Origin: Candidatus Fraserbacteria bacterium
GTDB taxonomy: Bacteria; Bipolaricaulota; Bipolaricaulia; RBG-16-55-9; DRXL01
Direction of reading: 5' to 3'
Assembly (NCBI GenBank): GCA_947085185.1
Contig: CAMTVK010000002.1
Coordinates: forward strand, 181,995-245,994
Length of the DNA: 64,000 bases
The stretch's first letter is position 1. Each line of letters opens with the position of its first letter. The position numbers were made by a program, and so were the translations under genes. Below, piece by piece: positions 9,396 through 19,269 of the stretch. The notes beneath the pieces are model-generated. The model had not been told where the DNA came from, did no database searches, and was given only the letters and a program-made list of their open reading frames with translations.

Positions 9396-12300
9396 CTTCG
9401 GCAATGATCGGCTGGGCCTTGGCGTAAACGTGGGCTTGCTCGGCGGATTTGTCTCTAAGAGCTTGATGATCTCTCGCACCGCACGCTCCAGCTGGGGGTC
9501 CTTCCCGGCTACGTAATCTTGCGGACGATACTCGACTTCTATGTCCGGCTCAGTTCCGTAGTTTTCGACGCTCCAGCCCACGTCTTGGAACCAGAACGAA
9601 AACTCAGGTTGCGTTGTGATCCCGCCATCTACGAGGGAGTGTCTGGCCCAAATCCCGATCACCCCGCCCCAGGTTCTCTTCCCAAGGAGCGGGCCAAGCT
9701 TGAGAAGCTTGAAGTTGTGCGAGAAGATATCGCCGTCGGAGCCGGCATATTCGTTGGTGATCGCGACCATCGGGCCTCCGACAGAATCTGTCGGATACGG
9801 CTGCGCTCCAAACCACCGGGTCTTCACATATGCGATTCTCCGGCGCGCAAGCTTCTCCAAAATAAGCTCCGAGACGTGCCCGCCGCCGTTGAAACGCACA
9901 TCGACGATTAAGCCCTCTCGATCTATCTCCGAGAGAAAGTAACGATGAAATTCTGAGTATCCCAGCGGCCCCATATTGGGAATGTGCACATACCCGACAC
10001 GACCGTTGGTCTGCTCATGCACGAATTTTCTATTGTTCTCGACCCACTCGCGATAGCGTGCGGGCGTCTCGCTCGCCAATGCCTTCACAGAGACCGTGCG
10101 CGGGTTCTCGCCGTGAGCGTCCCCGACGGTGAGCAGAATTTCACAGTGAGCTTGATTGACTAAGAGTTCATATGGTGACGTGTTCGCATCAACGCGGCGA
10201 CCGTTGATCGCTAAGATCGTGTCGTCCTCGCGCACGTTGATTCCTGGCTGGGTCAACGGAGAAGTCTTGGTCATGTCCCATGGGTCACCTCGCACGATGC
10301 GCGCTACTTTCCAGAGCTTGAGTCTCTTGTCGTAGACGAGATCAGCGCCGAGGAAGCCCATATCATAGCGTGGCTCTGGACGGTAGTCGCCGCCGAATTC
10401 GTAGGCGTGCGAAGTTCCCAGCTCGCCCTGCATCTCCCACATCAAGTCTGAGAATTCAGCGCGTGTCGAGATTCTATCTATGAGTGGGAAATAGCGTTCG
10501 TAGACAGCATGCCAATCAACTTCGGCCATATCTTCGGTCCAGAAATGATCGCGCTGGAGGCGCCACGCTTCGCGGAACATCTGGCGCCACTCCGCCGGCG
10601 GGTCCACAGAGACTCGCGCTCTGCTTAGATCAATCCAGCCGCTCTTCTTGCCGGGAGGCTCGCTGGCGGCCTTCTCGTCGGGCTTTTCGCCTGCTTTGAG
10701 CACGCGCAGTCTGTTCCCAGCCCGATAGATCAGGGTCTTTCTGTCGTCGGAGAGCTTGAAATTCGTGATCCCGCTGATGAGCGTCTCGGGTTTGAGAGTC
10801 TCAAAGTCAAAGACCTCGAGGGTCGCTTTGGCCGGGGGCTCGGTCAGTTGGAACCAGTTCATATTCAAACTGCCTTCGATGGGGAGCGAGGTATAGAGCA
10901 CTTTGCCCTTGATCGCAGCAATCTGTTGGTAGCGCCCGTCAGGCACGGGAAACGCTAAGATTCGGTCTGCGATCCCGGCAAGATCGATCTCGATCTTCTC
11001 GTCGGGCTTCGTTTCTGATTGTTGGTCTTTCTTGTCGTCGGGGGCTTTAGGGACGGCTACGAACGGATTGGGCAGGTCTCTCTTGAGTGTGACCAGATAG
11101 GGCCGCACCCCGCGCGGGAAGCCCAAATCGAAGTGCAAATTGTCATAGACGGGATCGAACTCCCGATACGAGAGAAAATAGAGATATTTGCCGTCGGGGT
11201 CAAACGTCGGCGAGACGTCTTGCAACACCGGGCGCGTGACTGAGAAGATCTCGCCCGTCTCGACTTGACAGACTTTGATAGCTGACGTATGCAAGCTGAG
11301 CGCGCAGCTATAGGCGATCCAACGTCCATCAGGCGACCAATCAAAGCCTGCCATGGGCGCATAGGGGCTCTTGTCGAGCACGCGGGCGCGCTTGGTCTGT
11401 AAGTCTATGAGTATTAATTCATTGCGATGATTGGTGAGCGCGACTTGGTCAGCTTTGGGAGAAGCTTTGAGTTCTAGGGCGCGGCCCAATTCGATCCCTG
11501 TCAATCTTTCTGGTGGCGTCACCCCATCGGCGTAAAATATTTCTAAGGTCTCTTCACCCTCGGCGTCGCAGACCGAGATAAGTCTTTTGCCGTCATGCAG
11601 CCAGCGCGCCAGACGATGGCGCACGCCGTCGGGCTCGCCATGCTGGACGACGGGGCCCTCCCAGTTGCCCATCGTGAAGATCTTGCCTCGAGTGACTACT
11701 GCGGTGAGATGCCCTTGGGGGTGGAGCGCATAGTCTTCTAAATATTTTGCGGAGTCCACGAACTTTCGGAAGCGCTGCGTTTGGGGGCTGTGATACTCGA
11801 CGGCGATCTTCCAATTCTGGTCTTTAGATGGATCGTAGACGTAGAGATCGGCCCCGGCGTGATAGACGATGCGTTTTCCGTCGGTGTGTGGGTGGCGCAC
11901 GTAAAAATCTTCGTGATCGGTATGGCGTTTCACATCTTGACCGGTCGGTGTACAAGAGTAGAGATTGCCCACGCCCTCGTGATCGGAGAGAAAGAAGATC
12001 CTGTCGCCAAGCCACATGGGGCGGGAGAGATTGCCCTGGAGCTGAATCAATCTGCGGAAGTTTCCTGAGCCATCGGGATCTATCCAGATATCTCCGGCGG
12101 TGCCGCCGCGGTAGCGTTTCCAACGTGCGGGGTCGATAGCATTGCGTCCGATGACGCAACCGCCTGTGGGGCCGTAGGAGATACTGAGGGCTGGGCCAGT
12201 GGGCAGGAGTTCTGGGGATCCGCCCTGGGGCGAGAGCGCGTAGAGCACATAAATATTTAAGAACGGCTGCGCAGCGTTGCTCGCAAAGAGAATCTTTCCG

Positions 12301-12590
12301 TTGGGGCTCCAGCCGACGACAATAGTATTGCTTCCCAGAAATGTCAAGCGTTTGGGTTGGCCGCCTTGGGCGGGCATGAGGTAGACTTCGGTGTGGCCCT
12401 CATCGCGTCCGCTGAACGCGATGAATTCCCCGGTGGGGGAGAGTGCGGGGAAGCTGGCCATGCCCAGCCCCGACGTTAAGCGTCGTGCGACACCGCCGTG
12501 GGCTGAGACCGTCCAGAGATCATCTTCGCTGACAAAGACCACAGTATCATCACAGATCGTGGGGTAGCGATAGTAGCCTGCAGCTGGCAT
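9381..12590 (-). CDS. tri: Tricorn protease (S41)
   Basis: YYRYPTI..VFVSEDDLW propeller start, WKRYRGGTAG, PDZ, DVRFNGGG, AGSDGD catalytic Ser, RTWGG. Confidence 0.95.
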   Translation of the reverse strand: MPAAGYYRYPTICDDTVVFVSEDDLWTVSAHGGVARRLTSGLGMASFPALSPTGEFIAFSGRDEGHTEVYLMPAQGGQPKRLTFLGSNTIVVGWSPNGKILFASNAAQPFLNIYVLYALSPQGGSPELLPTGPALSISYGPTGGCVIGRNAIDPARWKRYRGGTAGDIWIDPDGSGNFRRLIQLQGNLSRPMWLGDRIFFLSDHEGVGNLYSCTPTGQDVKRHTDHEDFYVRHPHTDGKRIVYHAGADLYVYDPSKDQNWKIAVEYHSPQTQRFRKFVDSAKYLEDYALHPQGHLTAVVTRGKIFTMGNWEGPVVQHGEPDGVRHRLARWLHDGKRLISVCDAEGEETLEIFYADGVTPPERLTGIELGRALELKASPKADQVALTNHRNELILIDLQTKRARVLDKSPYAPMAGFDWSPDGRWIAYSCALSLHTSAIKVCQVETGEIFSVTRPVLQDVSPTFDPDGKYLYFLSYREFDPVYDNLHFDLGFPRGVRPYLVTLKRDLPNPFVAVPKAPDDKKDQQSETKPDEKIEIDLAGIADRILAFPVPDGRYQQIAAIKGKVLYTSLPIEGSLNMNWFQLTEPPAKATLEVFDFETLKPETLISGITNFKLSDDRKTLIYRAGNRLRVLKAGEKPDEKAASEPPGKKSGWIDLSRARVSVDPPAEWRQMFREAWRLQRDHFWTEDMAEVDWHAVYERYFPLIDRISTRAEFSDLMWEMQGELGTSHAYEFGGDYRPEPRYDMGFLGADLVYDKRLKLWKVARIVRGDPWDMTKTSPLTQPGINVREDDTILAINGRRVDANTSPYELLVNQAHCEILLTVGDAHGENPRTVSVKALASETPARYREWVENNRKFVHEQTNGRVGYVHIPNMGPLGYSEFHRYFLSEIDREGLIVDVRFNGGGHVSELILEKLARRRIAYVKTRWFGAQPYPTDSVGGPMVAITNEYAGSDGDIFSHNFKLLKLGPLLGKRTWGGVIGIWARHSLVDGGITTQPEFSFWFQDVGWSVENYGTEPDIEVEYRPQDYVAGKDPQLERAVREIIKLLETNPPSKPTFTPRPSRSLPKLPKR

Positions 12591-12719
12591 GAGAGGAGCC
12601 TCCTTTGTCTCCCTGATTTCTTCGCGCCCATAGTTCGATGAATCTTTTCTGGGATTTTCAAGAGGTGTCGCTCATCAGGCTTCAGTTTAGCCATGAATCG
12701 TGAAGTTTGCAAGAATACG

Positions 12720-12905
12720 TTATGGCCGGAACGCCAACCACACCGTGCTGATCGCAATCGTCGCTATCGTCAGGGGCACCCCGACTCTCAGATACGTCCA
12801 GAACCCCATGTGCACCCCACGCTGTGATGCGATCTCTAAAACGATGAGATTCGCTGCTGACCCAATAATCGTGAGATTGCCCGCGAGCGTCGAGGCCATC
12901 GCCAC
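12720..12905 (-). pseudogene. C-terminal remnant of an ArsB/NhaD-type permease
   Basis: STLAGNLTIIGSAANLIV..FWTYLRVGVPLT matches the family C-terminal motif; no upstream gene body. Confidence 0.75.
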
Positions 12906-12987
12906 GGATGGAAAAGTTTAGAAAAAAATCTGTTTTCGGTCAAATTGACGGCTCGCACCCGATGCCCTATAGTAAACAAAGGAGCTG

Positions 12988-13431
12988 ATGTCTATGGATC
13001 TGCGCGAGACAGAGATCAAGAGAATCGAGAAGATCTCGGAGCTGTTGCTGAAGGCAGCGCGGGCTGTGCCCAAGGAGAAAGAAGATTGGAAGCCGATGCC
13101 CACAGGGAAATCCGCCCGAGAGATCCTCGCCCACCTCGGGATGGCGAATTATTTTTTTGCGGCACTTCTTCGGGGCACGGCTTACACCCAGACCAGTACC
13201 CCTCACACCTATCAAGAAGCTCTGAAGCTCTTTGAAGAGTCCAAAGCCGAGTTGATTGAGACGATCCGCTCGGTCGACCCGGCACAGTTCAACGAGAGGC
13301 GCACCATGCCCTGGGGTGAAGAGCGTTCTATCAAAGACTTAATCACCAGCCCCATGCCCCATATAGCGTATCATTGGGGGCAGATCGCGTACGTGCAGAC
13401 GCTGTGGGGTGACAGCGAGAATCGCTTCTGA
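12988..13431 (+). CDS. DinB family protein
   Basis: WKP..KSAREILAH, HIAYHWGQI. Confidence 0.85.
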   Translation: MSMDLRETEIKRIEKISELLLKAARAVPKEKEDWKPMPTGKSAREILAHLGMANYFFAALLRGTAYTQTSTPHTYQEALKLFEESKAELIETIRSVDPAQFNERRTMPWGEERSIKDLITSPMPHIAYHWGQIAYVQTLWGDSENRF

Positions 13432-13433
13432 GT

Positions 13434-13796
13434 TCACTTTAGGGGGAGAGCCGGCAAGCGTTTGAGCGTCCGCGTGGCGGGATCAACGGTTATGCCCACC
13501 GATTCTAAGGCCGTGACCCCCAGGATGGGTTCAGCGTCATCGGGGCCGAAGATCACCCTCCCTGCCGTGATCTCCCCCATGAACTCAAACTGCGCCAGCC
13601 CAAATTCGTACTCTTGAAGAGTACCATCAGCTAACTCGTAGACCATCTTTCCCACGGGCTGAACGCCGATCTTGCGTAGCTCTGCTGCGGGAGCGAGAGA
13701 ATCCGTAGCTCCGGTGTCCACAAGAAAGTCTGCTTGGTAGGTGCCCCCGCCGGGGCCAAGTGCTGTGAGGGTCACGGTCACATGCGTCAGTCCCAT
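13434..13796 (-). CDS. Clan AA aspartic protease (AF_0612-like)
   Basis: FLVDTGAT, PILGVTALESVG..VDP. Confidence 0.88.
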   Translation of the reverse strand: MGLTHVTVTLTALGPGGGTYQADFLVDTGATDSLAPAAELRKIGVQPVGKMVYELADGTLQEYEFGLAQFEFMGEITAGRVIFGPDDAEPILGVTALESVGITVDPATRTLKRLPALPLK

Positions 13797-13870
13797 AGCA
13801 GAAAGAGTTTACTCTCTCCGTGTGCCCTGTGCAAGGCAAGCTGTTGATTTTTTCGTCAAAAAAATCTACG

Positions 13871-14968
13871 ATGAAGGCGATGCGCTTTGTCTGTACGGAG
13901 TGTGGCCAAGAGTTCTCTGTAACGACGCGCCAGTGGCGCTGTCGTTGTAGTGGCGCCTTTGAGATCTCTCCACGACCGCGCTTCCGTCCCGAAGCTATTG
14001 ACGAAAAAATCTTCTCGTTGTGGCGCTATCGGGCGATGCTGCCTGTTATCGAGACAGAGAACATCGTCTCGTTGGGGGAGGGCTGGACCCCCCTCGTGCC
14101 GGCACACGCCTATAATAATAGAGAATTTCTCGCGAAGCTCGAATTCTTCGCGCCGACGGGATCGTTCAAAGATCGCGGGACGACGGTGCTCGTCAGCTTC
14201 TTAAAAGAGCTTGGGGTTGAGAGGGTCGTCGAAGATTCTTCAGGGAACGCCGCAGCCAGTCTCGCCGCATACTGTGCCCGGGCGAAAATTTCGTGTAAGA
14301 TCTTTGTGCCTGCTCACGCTTCCCCAGCAAAGCTCGCGCAGATTCGCGCCTACGGCGCACAGCTCATCCCCGTCGAGGGCCCGCGCGAGAACGCCGCTAT
14401 TGCAGCCCAGAATGCCGATGCGTACTACGCCAGCCATGTCTATAACCCCTTGATTTTAGAAGGGACGAAGACCCTTGCTTATGAGCTGTGGGAACAATTG
14501 GGCGGGCGCGCCCCCGATGCGATGCTCTTCCCCACCGGCCACGGCACTTTGCTTATCGGGGCATATTACGGCTTTCGCGATCTCTGCGACGCCGGACTTC
14601 TCGAAAAGATACCGGCACTCTACGCAGTACAAGCTGAAGCCTGCGCCCCACTCTCTAGAGTCTTTCGCGAAAATCTTACAGAATTGCCCAGTGTTCCCCA
14701 AGGGGAGACGATCGCTGAGGGGATTCGCATCCGTCGGCCTGTGCGCTGGAAAGTCATTCTCAGAGCTCTCCGTGAGACGGGCGGCCGCGTCATTGCTGTC
14801 AGTGAAGCAGAGATCATCTCGGCTCAGCGGGAGCTCGCTCGTCAGGGGCTCTATGTGGAGCCGACTTCAGCTGTGGCTGTGGCGGGGCTAAAGGAGGGGG
14901 CAGGGCGGAGTCAGGGCCTGACTGTTATCCCCATGACCGGCACCGGCCTCAAAAGCCCATTTCCATGA
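13871..14968 (+). CDS. Threonine synthase-like PLP enzyme
   Basis: N-terminal Zn ribbon, PTGSFKDRG, EDSSGNA, VEPTSAVA. Confidence 0.85.
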   Translation: MKAMRFVCTECGQEFSVTTRQWRCRCSGAFEISPRPRFRPEAIDEKIFSLWRYRAMLPVIETENIVSLGEGWTPLVPAHAYNNREFLAKLEFFAPTGSFKDRGTTVLVSFLKELGVERVVEDSSGNAAASLAAYCARAKISCKIFVPAHASPAKLAQIRAYGAQLIPVEGPRENAAIAAQNADAYYASHVYNPLILEGTKTLAYELWEQLGGRAPDAMLFPTGHGTLLIGAYYGFRDLCDAGLLEKIPALYAVQAEACAPLSRVFRENLTELPSVPQGETIAEGIRIRRPVRWKVILRALRETGGRVIAVSEAEIISAQRELARQGLYVEPTSAVAVAGLKEGAGRSQGLTVIPMTGTGLKSPFP

Positions 14969-15008
14969 AATTTCCATGGAAATTGCACGGGATTTCCATA
15001 GCCGGCTC

Positions 15009-15038
15009 TTGACTTTCTCGGGGCGAGTGTGCTAGAAT
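15009..15038 (+). promoter_or_regulatory. Promoter of the polysaccharide operon
   Basis: TTGACT-18 bp-TAGAAT with TGn extended -10. Confidence 0.65.
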
Positions 15039-15099
15039 CTCTTATAAGAGAAAAACCGAGAGATGGGTAATCTCTGCTCAGGGCAATCCCCATCGTGAG

Positions 15100-16941
15100 G
15101 TGGAAGTGATCCTAAAATCTTCTCGAGGATTTGTCAAGAGGGCGTGCGTTGTTCTTTTCTTGGGATTTATTGCCTTTCCCATAGGAGCGCAGGTCCCGCT
15201 GTGCGTGCTGGAGCTCTGGACGGATACCCAAACATATTCGTTAGGGCAGGCCGTCTCTGTCTTTGCCCGTCTTCAAGTAGGCGAAGAGGCGATCACCAAC
15301 GCTCGGTTTAAAGTAGAAGTGATCGGTCCTGGACACAGAGCGTTTACTATCTCTACCAGTGGGGAGCTCTCCGGCGAGCTCAATCTCCAACCGAATTTCC
15401 GTTGGGAGGGGTTTTTGCTCACTCTGCCAAGCCTTACGGGGCAAGGGCTGCTCGCGCTGATCGGATTTTACACGATTATCGGCACGCTCTTTGACCCCCC
15501 ATCGGGGCGCATCTACTGCGAGGATCGTCGAGAATTCGCGATCGCCGGCCCGTGGGGCCGGCAGCCCACAACAAAGACCCTGCTCGTCTCCTCCCAGCGC
15601 ACGGAGTTTACTGAACCCTTTGTGAGCAAACTTTCAGCTTGGCTGGAAGCTGCCTACAAGACCCGCGTCCAGACGGTCTACCAAGAGGGGCTCTATCTGG
15701 GCTATCGCAAGGGCGACTATAAAGATTACGACGTCGTTATCTATTATGGGGTAGACTACGGGCAACCGCCGCCTCCGGATTTTCTCGACGACATCGCCAA
15801 CGGCGAGGAGATCACACAAAAGCGCGTCGTCTGGATCGGGTATCACATAGATCGTGTGGGTGAAGCTCAAGAGAACCTGGGCTTTCAGTTCGCTGAGCAA
15901 GTGAGTGATTCCCGCGAGACCCGGCTCGTCTATACGTATTCGAACACGGACTACATCATGCGTCATAGCGAGCGCATCTTCGCCGAGGTCACAGATAAGA
16001 ATCTCGCGCGCGTCCACGCGACCGTCGGGGGACGCCCCATCATTGTCAGCTCCAAGCATCGCCAATACCCAGAGAATGGAGAATTCTTCTATTTCGTGGG
16101 GTTCCATCCCACAGCGCATGTGGTGCCCTTCGGAGCGCATCTGGTCTTTCTCGATATACTCAATGAAGTCTATGGGATCACTCGCGGCAAGGTCGCGCTC
16201 GTTCGCCTAGAAGACATTCACCCTCGAAGCAGCATCGCGGCTTTACTCACCGCCACCAACTATCTCAAGAGCGAAAAGGTCCCCTTCACGCTCAGTCTTA
16301 TCCCGTTCTATGTAGACGGGGCCGACCGCACGAGCATCACCCAAGAGTCGGCGTTCCGGACAGCCGTCAAGCAAGCGCTGCTCAACGGCGGGGAGCTCGT
16401 GGTCCACGGGGCAACCCATCAGTACGACGGTAAGACTGCCGAAGACTGGGAGTTCTGGGATGAAAAAGCTAATAAACCCATCGGTGGGGCGGAGTACGCC
16501 GAACAGCGCGTGAAGATGGCGCTCACCGAGATCCAAAAGGCTGGCCTGGCCCCGCACACCATCGGCTGGGAGACCCCTCACTACCAAGCCGGCGAGGCCC
16601 ACTACGCCGTCTTCGAAAAATATTTTGGGTTTCTCTTCGAGCCCCATCGCAAGTTTGATTTGGCGTTCGTGCCCTACATCATCGAGACAGCCTCGAGCGT
16701 CTACATCGGCACGCCGTTGGGGTTTGTCCAAAACGATACAGACATCTTTCGGATCACTCTCGAGGCTGAAAAACTCGCGGGCTTGAAGTACGGCGCGGTT
16801 GCCGCGTTCTTCTATCACCCGTTCTTGGGGGTAGATCGTCTGCGAGCGATCGTCACGGCGCTCAAAAAGCAAGGGTGGCAATTTCGGCTTGCGTCAAGCC
16901 TCATAGGCCCCGTGCGTGTCCAGTTCCCTGAGAAACCTTGA
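15100..16941 (+). CDS. Secreted DUF2334/polysaccharide deacetylase-like protein
   Basis: Signal-like N-terminus; LVRLEDIHP, VHGATHQ, WETPHY, FFYHPF. Confidence 0.78.
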   Translation: MEVILKSSRGFVKRACVVLFLGFIAFPIGAQVPLCVLELWTDTQTYSLGQAVSVFARLQVGEEAITNARFKVEVIGPGHRAFTISTSGELSGELNLQPNFRWEGFLLTLPSLTGQGLLALIGFYTIIGTLFDPPSGRIYCEDRREFAIAGPWGRQPTTKTLLVSSQRTEFTEPFVSKLSAWLEAAYKTRVQTVYQEGLYLGYRKGDYKDYDVVIYYGVDYGQPPPPDFLDDIANGEEITQKRVVWIGYHIDRVGEAQENLGFQFAEQVSDSRETRLVYTYSNTDYIMRHSERIFAEVTDKNLARVHATVGGRPIIVSSKHRQYPENGEFFYFVGFHPTAHVVPFGAHLVFLDILNEVYGITRGKVALVRLEDIHPRSSIAALLTATNYLKSEKVPFTLSLIPFYVDGADRTSITQESAFRTAVKQALLNGGELVVHGATHQYDGKTAEDWEFWDEKANKPIGGAEYAEQRVKMALTEIQKAGLAPHTIGWETPHYQAGEAHYAVFEKYFGFLFEPHRKFDLAFVPYIIETASSVYIGTPLGFVQNDTDIFRITLEAEKLAGLKYGAVAAFFYHPFLGVDRLRAIVTALKKQGWQFRLASSLIGPVRVQFPEKP

Positions 16942-18203
16942 TGGAGATCTACACCGACGCGTTGACGGTCTTCTTCTTCGTGTACTGTCTGCTCTATAAC
17001 GCTCTGCTCTTCTTTTACGTGATCGTCAAATACCGACGGGTGCCCTCATCATCCCCAACGAGAGAGCTAGAGAAAGACGACTGGCCCGTCGTGACGCTGA
17101 TGATCCCCGCGCTCAACGAGGGGAAAGTCTTGTATAAGACGGTCGAAAGTCTCTTTGAGCAGTACTATCCCGGCACTCTCGAAGTCTTGATTATTGATGA
17201 CGGTAGCGATGATGAGACACCCATCGTCACGGCCCAAATCCAGCGAGAATTTTCAGATGTCTATGTCTATCGGCGCGAGTTCCCCAACGCGCGCCAGGGC
17301 AAGGGCGCGGCGCTCAACGCCGGATTAAAATTCTTATTTGAAAAATTCCCGGATCGCCCGAAAGCAGACTGGGTGATCGGGGTCTTTGACGCCGACGGCC
17401 GCGTCGAAGAATTAGACTTTTTTGAGCAAGTCGGCTTGGCGTTTCGTGACCCCAGCGTGAATGCTCTCCAGTGTGGGGTGCGCATCCGCAATCGCCACAA
17501 GCTCCTTCCGCTGCTCCAAGATGTCGAGTTTGTCGCGTTCTCGTGGATCGTGCAGTGGGTGCGCGATAAGACGTCTGGGGCTGTGGCTCTGGGGGGCAAC
17601 GGACAGTTCATTCGCGCGGACTGTCTGGAACTCTTACAGCCCCAGGGGCCGTGGGTCCCCACCGCGCTCACCGAAGACTTAGAGATCAGCGTGCGCATCC
17701 ATCAGCTGCCCGGACGGGTTCGCTTCTTGGACCGACACGTCTCCCAAGAGGGGGTTGAGACCGTCCGAGCGCTCTTGAAGCAGCGCCATCGTTGGGCGTG
17801 GGGCACGCTGCAGGTCTTCTCCATGTATGTAGCGAGCGGGGCGCTGTGGCGCTCGCCCATGCCCTTGCTCAAGAAGCTCGATCTGCACTATTATCTGACG
17901 TTCTGGCTTGTGCCGTTTCTCGTGTTGGGCTCGTGGGGGTTGGCTCTTCTCAACGTTGTGGGCTATGTGCGCGTGAGCACGCACTTTGAGTGGTGGCTGC
18001 TGTGGGCGAACTCGTTCAGCTTCTGGCCGACGATGGCCTTGGCGCTCCATAAGATGGGCACGCCGCGGATGTCCATCCCCGTCTTGGTTGTCTTGGGGAC
18101 GCTTTACTCGTATCATTGGATACCGTTATTGGTGTGGGCGTGGTATGATATGTTTCGGCGCAAGAGACCCCGCTGGCTCAAGACGCAGCGCATCTATTCC
18201 TAA
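16938..18203 (+). CDS. Processive GT2 glycosyltransferase (synthase-like)
   Basis: IDDGS, FDADG, LTEDL, QRHRW motifs plus TM helices. Confidence 0.92.
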   Translation: MMEIYTDALTVFFFVYCLLYNALLFFYVIVKYRRVPSSSPTRELEKDDWPVVTLMIPALNEGKVLYKTVESLFEQYYPGTLEVLIIDDGSDDETPIVTAQIQREFSDVYVYRREFPNARQGKGAALNAGLKFLFEKFPDRPKADWVIGVFDADGRVEELDFFEQVGLAFRDPSVNALQCGVRIRNRHKLLPLLQDVEFVAFSWIVQWVRDKTSGAVALGGNGQFIRADCLELLQPQGPWVPTALTEDLEISVRIHQLPGRVRFLDRHVSQEGVETVRALLKQRHRWAWGTLQVFSMYVASGALWRSPMPLLKKLDLHYYLTFWLVPFLVLGSWGLALLNVVGYVRVSTHFEWWLLWANSFSFWPTMALALHKMGTPRMSIPVLVVLGTLYSYHWIPLLVWAWYDMFRRKRPRWLKTQRIYS

Positions 18204-18213
18204 CAACAAACTT

Positions 18214-19269
18214 ATGCGAACTTCGATCATCGTGCTCATGTTGCTGGCGGTGCTCTCTGTGGGGGCTTCAAAAACAGTGATCGTGAGCGTTCCTCCCATC
18301 AAGGGGGTGTGGTACATCGGGCTGGAGCGGGACTCCTACGCCACTGCGGCGGTGGCCACGGAGATGCGCACCCTCAAAGATCGCTTGAATATCAATCATA
18401 TAGTGCTCACGATCCCAGTCTTTCAGAAGGATCTACGGGCGACCACCCCAACTGGAGACCCCACGCGCACCCCCTCCGATGCCGTGATGCGCAACGCTAT
18501 CGAGCAAGCGCACAAGGTAGGCCTTGGCGTCGTCCTCATTCCCTATCTCTTGGTAGATGATGGAGAGTGGGTCGGGAATTTAGCGCCGACAAACGTGAGT
18601 CAATGGTTTCAGAACTGGCGGGCTGTCCTGCGGCACTACGCCCAGCTCGCGCAACAGGCCAACGTTGAGATATTTCTGTTAGGCTGGGAGTTCGTCACGA
18701 TGCAGAAGTACCACGCTGAGTGGGAGCGCACTATTTTGGAGATGCGCTCGCTCTATCGTGGGCGTCTGTCGTACTTGACCAACTGGTGGTGGGACCGCGC
18801 GACGTATGCCAATGTCCTCGAGTGGAGGCCGTGGGAGCTGTTAGATTTTATTGGGATCAGCGCGTTCTTCGAGCTAACGCGCAAGAGCAACCCCACCGTA
18901 GACGAGTTGCAGCGCGCTTGGAGCGCCGATGCCTACGGACAGAATATCATTGAAGATCTAGAGCGCCTGAGCGCGCAATATCGGCGCTGTGTGGTCTTCC
19001 TTGAGTTGGGCTATGAGAGCAAGGACGGGGCCAACACGGAGCCGTGGAACTTCTTTCGAGTAGCTCCCCCAGACGAAGGCGAGCAACGGGACGCATTTCA
19101 GGCAGCGTTGCGGGCGCTCTCGGACAGACCATGGTTCGAGGGATACTCGGTTTGGGCGGAGCAGGTGGGGCTTCCGCGCAGCGCCACAGGCTACGATGTG
19201 CTCACCAAGCCTGCCGCTGAGGTCATCCGTGCACACACCATGACTTCCAAGTCTTGCCCACGTCCTTAA
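18214..19269 (+). CDS. Secreted GH113-like TIM-barrel glycoside hydrolase
   Basis: Signal peptide from ATG 18214; LGWEF, YLTNW, LDFIGISAFFEL, FLELGY. Confidence 0.75.
   Translation: MRTSIIVLMLLAVLSVGASKTVIVSVPPIKGVWYIGLERDSYATAAVATEMRTLKDRLNINHIVLTIPVFQKDLRATTPTGDPTRTPSDAVMRNAIEQAHKVGLGVVLIPYLLVDDGEWVGNLAPTNVSQWFQNWRAVLRHYAQLAQQANVEIFLLGWEFVTMQKYHAEWERTILEMRSLYRGRLSYLTNWWWDRATYANVLEWRPWELLDFIGISAFFELTRKSNPTVDELQRAWSADAYGQNIIEDLERLSAQYRRCVVFLELGYESKDGANTEPWNFFRVAPPDEGEQRDAFQAALRALSDRPWFEGYSVWAEQVGLPRSATGYDVLTKPAAEVIRAHTMTSKSCPRP

Noticed and set aside
15076..15110. c-di-GMP-I riboswitch (GGGCAA..GNRA hairpin)
   Set aside because: Lacks the GACGCAAAGC segment and second stem; kept only as a generic structure
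17986..18213. N-terminal extension of the GH113-like ORF
   Set aside because: Overlaps GT2; the signal peptide begins at ATG 18214
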